NCBI RefSeq assembly: GCF_009914755.1
Contig: NC_060942.1
Strand: one strand, 5' to 3'
DNA from: the human T2T-CHM13v2.0 reference genome, Homo sapiens
Length of the DNA: 64,000 nucleotides
Under the pieces are notes generated by a model that made no database searches, was not told where the DNA came from, and saw nothing but the letters and a program-made list of their open reading frames with translations. Position 1 is the first letter of the stretch. Every line of letters starts with the position of its first letter. The translations under genes were made by a program, and so were the position numbers. This document shows, one piece after another, positions 60,701-64,000 of the stretch.

Positions 60701-61667
60701 TAGATTAACATTATTTCCAGAAAGATTTTGTTGTTGTTGTTGATTTAGACAAGCTGCTTCCAGAATTTGTATTAAAAGGCAAAAGAACAAGAATGGCTGA
60801 ACCAATTTTGAAAAAGAAGAACGAATAGGAAGAATCATACTACCTGATTTTAACATTTACTCTAAAGCTATGGTGATCCAGATTGTGTGGCATTGGCAAA
60901 GGGTTGGACAGACCAATGGGACAGAAACAGACCCGTACAAACACAACCAGTTGATTTTTGGCAAATTTGCCAAAGCAATGAAATAGAAAAAGGACAGTCT
61001 CTTTAACAAATGGCATTAGTTGGACCTATGAAAAAAAAATGAACCTCAATCTATGCTTCTTTGTACAACAGTTATCTCAAATTGGATCATAGAGCTACAT
61101 ATAAAGAGGAGAAACTACATATTTTTAGAAGAACACATAAGAGAAAATCTTTGTGACTTCTAGTTAGGCAAGGAGTTTTCCCACCACTTCTCATGACCCA
61201 CAGCTGGGTAAGGTTAGCCTGGAGAGCTTGCTCCCTGTTTTCTGTTTTTGAGAGTTGTTCAGCGTGTGCTTCTGTTCATTGGAGGCACTGTTCTAACTCA
61301 TTCCTCACCACACCCCTGCAAAATAGATAGTATGGTATAGCTGTGTCATTTTTGAGATGAAGAAACTGAAGCACAGAAAGATGAATAAATATACCTTGAG
61401 TGTAATAAGTTCCATGAGTGGCAGAACAGGAAATGCTCTCTTCCTAGACCTGTGGTGCCATCTACCTCTGTGTTCTGATAGACAGTCTCAGCCTCCACAT
61501 TCTTCTTGAAAACACAAATCATGAATTTTCATGGCTCCTGTGACCCAGACGTGTGTTTTCAGGGCATCTGTTTTGTTCTTCTGTGTGGGTTTTATTCTCA
61601 GGCCCACGTTTGAGGTTGGTGGGTTTTTGCTGCTCGTAGTGCAATATTAACCCACATGAATCTATTT

Positions 61668-61683
61668 AGCGCCATCTCGTGTC
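61668..61683 (-). promoter_or_regulatory. Candidate CTCF-binding motif
   Basis: Minus strand GACACGAGATGGCGCT resembles the core CCASYAGRKGGCRS and sits in a locally CpG-retaining, non-repeat segment. Confidence 0.4.
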
Positions 61684-62561
61684 TGGAGCGGTTTACAGGC
61701 CGGATTGCTTTAGTAGTAGTGGGTAGGTACAAAAAAGATGTAGTGGGAAAGATTTGATTACCAAAATATGAAAAATTAGCGTGATCGGACACTTGAATTC
61801 CATTAGACATGAACTTTGTAGTGATGCACCTCTTCCAGTATGATCCAGTTAATAGAATGTTGCGGGGAACAGATCAAGTCAGCTTTTAAACCTTAGTTTG
61901 CCTTCTCCCATTGTAATAGTGTCCTGGCTTCTTGGGCACTTGGCCAGTACCAGAGGCCCTGAGCTCTTAGGGTGGAGGCCTTCAGTCCCAGCTTCTCAGC
62001 CTTGTGGAGAGTCTTCCCCGTGGATATACCTTCCAGAAGGCTAAAGAGTCTACCTTCTCTCTCCCTGTGTGGTTAGCTGATTTAAAGGAAGGTGCCAAAA
62101 TGTACCTCAGGATTGGCCTTTTCAGCAGCGGGACTCAGAATGGGAAAAGGACAGTGGAGCAAACTCCTCTTCCATGGAGACTTGCCAGTTTGTTTGGGAA
62201 GGGAAGGAGGGAAGAAATGGGAAAAAATAGGGCAGAATGTGCCGAATTCTTGGAGCTCTTCCATGAGGTAGGGGCTGCATCTTTCTGCAGGAGGGTGGGG
62301 GTGGTGGTGGTAAGAAAGGATGCACTAGTAAAAAAATTCTAAAAACAAAAGCATGTAACACCTCACATTATTCAGTCTTATTTTTGTTCTTTTTTTTTTT
62401 TTTAACATATTTTACTTTTCCATTACAGAAGTAATCGATGCTCATGTTAGAAAGCTGGGAAAATAGGAAAAATACATCCAAAGAATATATACTCAATCAC
62501 AATGGTTAATATTTTATGGATTTCCTTTTCTTCTTTGTATGCATGAAGATTGGAGTGTTAT

Positions 62562-62851
62562 AACTGGGCACGGTGGCTTATGCCTGTAATCCAGGCACTT
62601 TGGGATTCCAAGGCTGGTGGATCACTTGAGCCCAGGAGTTTGAAACCAGCCTGGATAGCAGAAGGAGACCCTATCTCTACAGAAAAAAAAAAAAAAATAG
62701 CTTGGTGTGGTGGCATGTGTCTGTGGTCCCAGCTACTCAGGAGGCTGAGATGGGAGGATCATTTGAGCCTGGGCGGATAAGGCTGCAGTGAGCCATGATG
62801 GCACCACTGCTCCAACGTGGGTGACAGCGTGAGACCGTGTCTCAACTAAAA
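62562..62851 (+). mobile_element. AluJ
   Basis: ggatcacttgagcccaggagtttg; TSD-like gaagatt(g/t)gagtgtt on both sides. Confidence 0.88.
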
Positions 62852-62871
62852 GAAGATTTGAGTGTTTAATA

Positions 62872-62950
62872 ATGTGATGTTGCTTTTTACTTATTTTATT
62901 TAATTATGTGATGTTGCTTTTTACTTATACTTGCTTTTTACTTATTTTAT
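62872..62950. repeat. Nested short tandem duplications (atgtgatgttgctttttacttat x2; ttgctttttacttat x3)
   Basis: Read directly from the sequence. Confidence 0.8.
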
Positions 62951-63189
62951 GAGAAACATTTTACAAGTTAGGACATAGCTTGGGTAAATGACTGTGTACG
63001 CTGAGTTCTAGGACCATGACAGGTATTTGTGTTTTAGTTATTATTTTGGTATATTAAATAATGCTTCAGTGAACACCTTTGCTTCCTTTTTTATTTTGTT
63101 TAAACTTAGAGCTATTTCCTTAGAATAGGTTTCCCAAATCATGATGACTGGGAAAGGGCTTGAAGAGGACTTCGAGGCTCTTAGTATAA

Positions 63190-63410
63190 ACACATACGTG
63201 CTCACCCACCCTGGCTAGAAGTGGGCTCTGCTACTTAGGCAGTGATGGAGATTTTGGTCACATCCCTTCACTTCTCAGAGCCTCAGTTTTTTCTTCTTCC
63301 AAATGGAGGTAAAAATACCCACTGCATATGGCTTTTCTATTAATAATACCTATAAAGTCCCTCTGGAGAACTTGGCACACAGTGAGCGCTAAATACATGG
63401 TAACTTTACA
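63190..63410 (+). mobile_element. MIR within degenerate L1ME-like sequence
   Basis: ggctctgctacttag...cacttctcagagcctcagttttttcttc...aaatggag...cttggcacacagtgagcgctaaata. Confidence 0.6.
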
Positions 63411-64000
63411 AAATAATTATAGTTCTAGATAGCCTTATTACAGGTTTCTACCAGTTTGCCCTACCACCAGCAATGCATGAAGTTATTTAACCTCTCTAGT
63501 GTTTGATACATATTCATTTCTTTTTAAAATACCTTTGCCAATTTGAGTGAAAACACTACCTTATTATTATTTTAATTTGCATTTGTTTTATTATAGTGAG
63601 AGTGAAAAATTTTGCATGCTATTATAAACAAGTTTGTTGTCTCTCATATAAAATGCCTTTTTTCTATTGGCATTTAATATTGTCTTACTAGTTTGTATTA
63701 ACTATTTAAAGAAATTATTCTTTAACATATTTGTTGTCATAGATCCACTTATCTAGTATAATTTTATATCAAACTTTCATATGCTGCATTCAAATGCTGC
63801 ATACAGATTTCTCATTAGGATGAGAAATGTGATTATAATTGTAATCTCTTTGTAATAAATTCTGTGAATTTTTTTATTGTATCTATAATTTTACTTGCAA
63901 ATTATGACAATATGTATTTCCAACAATTTTGTATCTTATCATTTTTCATATCTTATTAAATTTGCCTGAAATTCTATAGCAGTGTTAAATAATCCATGGG

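Larger units (their letters stand above)
56690..61180 (+). mobile_element. Ancient L1M fragment (5' region, reduced ORF1, degraded ORF2)
   Basis: 5'-like gtaagatggagtaag...; ORF2 EN start (aattaaaagacaga...gacccaact...gctgcttacaagaaacccact); RT region (gaagcatttgacaaaattca, ggaacaaggcaaggg). Many stops. Boundaries approximate. Confidence 0.75.

Overview
Human/primate genomic DNA, not prokaryotic. The only clearly supported coding sequence is one 106-nt internal exon (1681-1786, + strand) encoding [36 protein letters not shown] recognise this as the N-terminal regulatory (GBD/FH3, armadillo-like) region of the formin FHOD3. The other ~62 kb is a single very large intron with no recognisable next exon. 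It is dense in Alu, L1, L2/MIR, MaLR/ERVL LTR and DNA-transposon fossils. Almost all ORFs in the supplied track are repeat-derived or chance. Points worth follow-up: (1) a CpG-enriched intronic segment ending in a perfect CAG|GTGAGT donor at 33917, a candidate internal first exon or poison exon; (2) an apparently end-to-end ancient L1M containing a twin-primed, 5'-inverted L1PA that itself holds an AluY; (3) perfect, very recent tandem duplications of 103 and 36 bp; (4) unusual Alu insertions (reused target site, TSD-flanked left arm, (TATTG)14 tail); (5) candidate recursive splice sites and a CTCF-like motif. I see no evidence of a novel protein-coding system. Repeat subfamily calls were made by eye and need RepeatMasker/Dfam confirmation.
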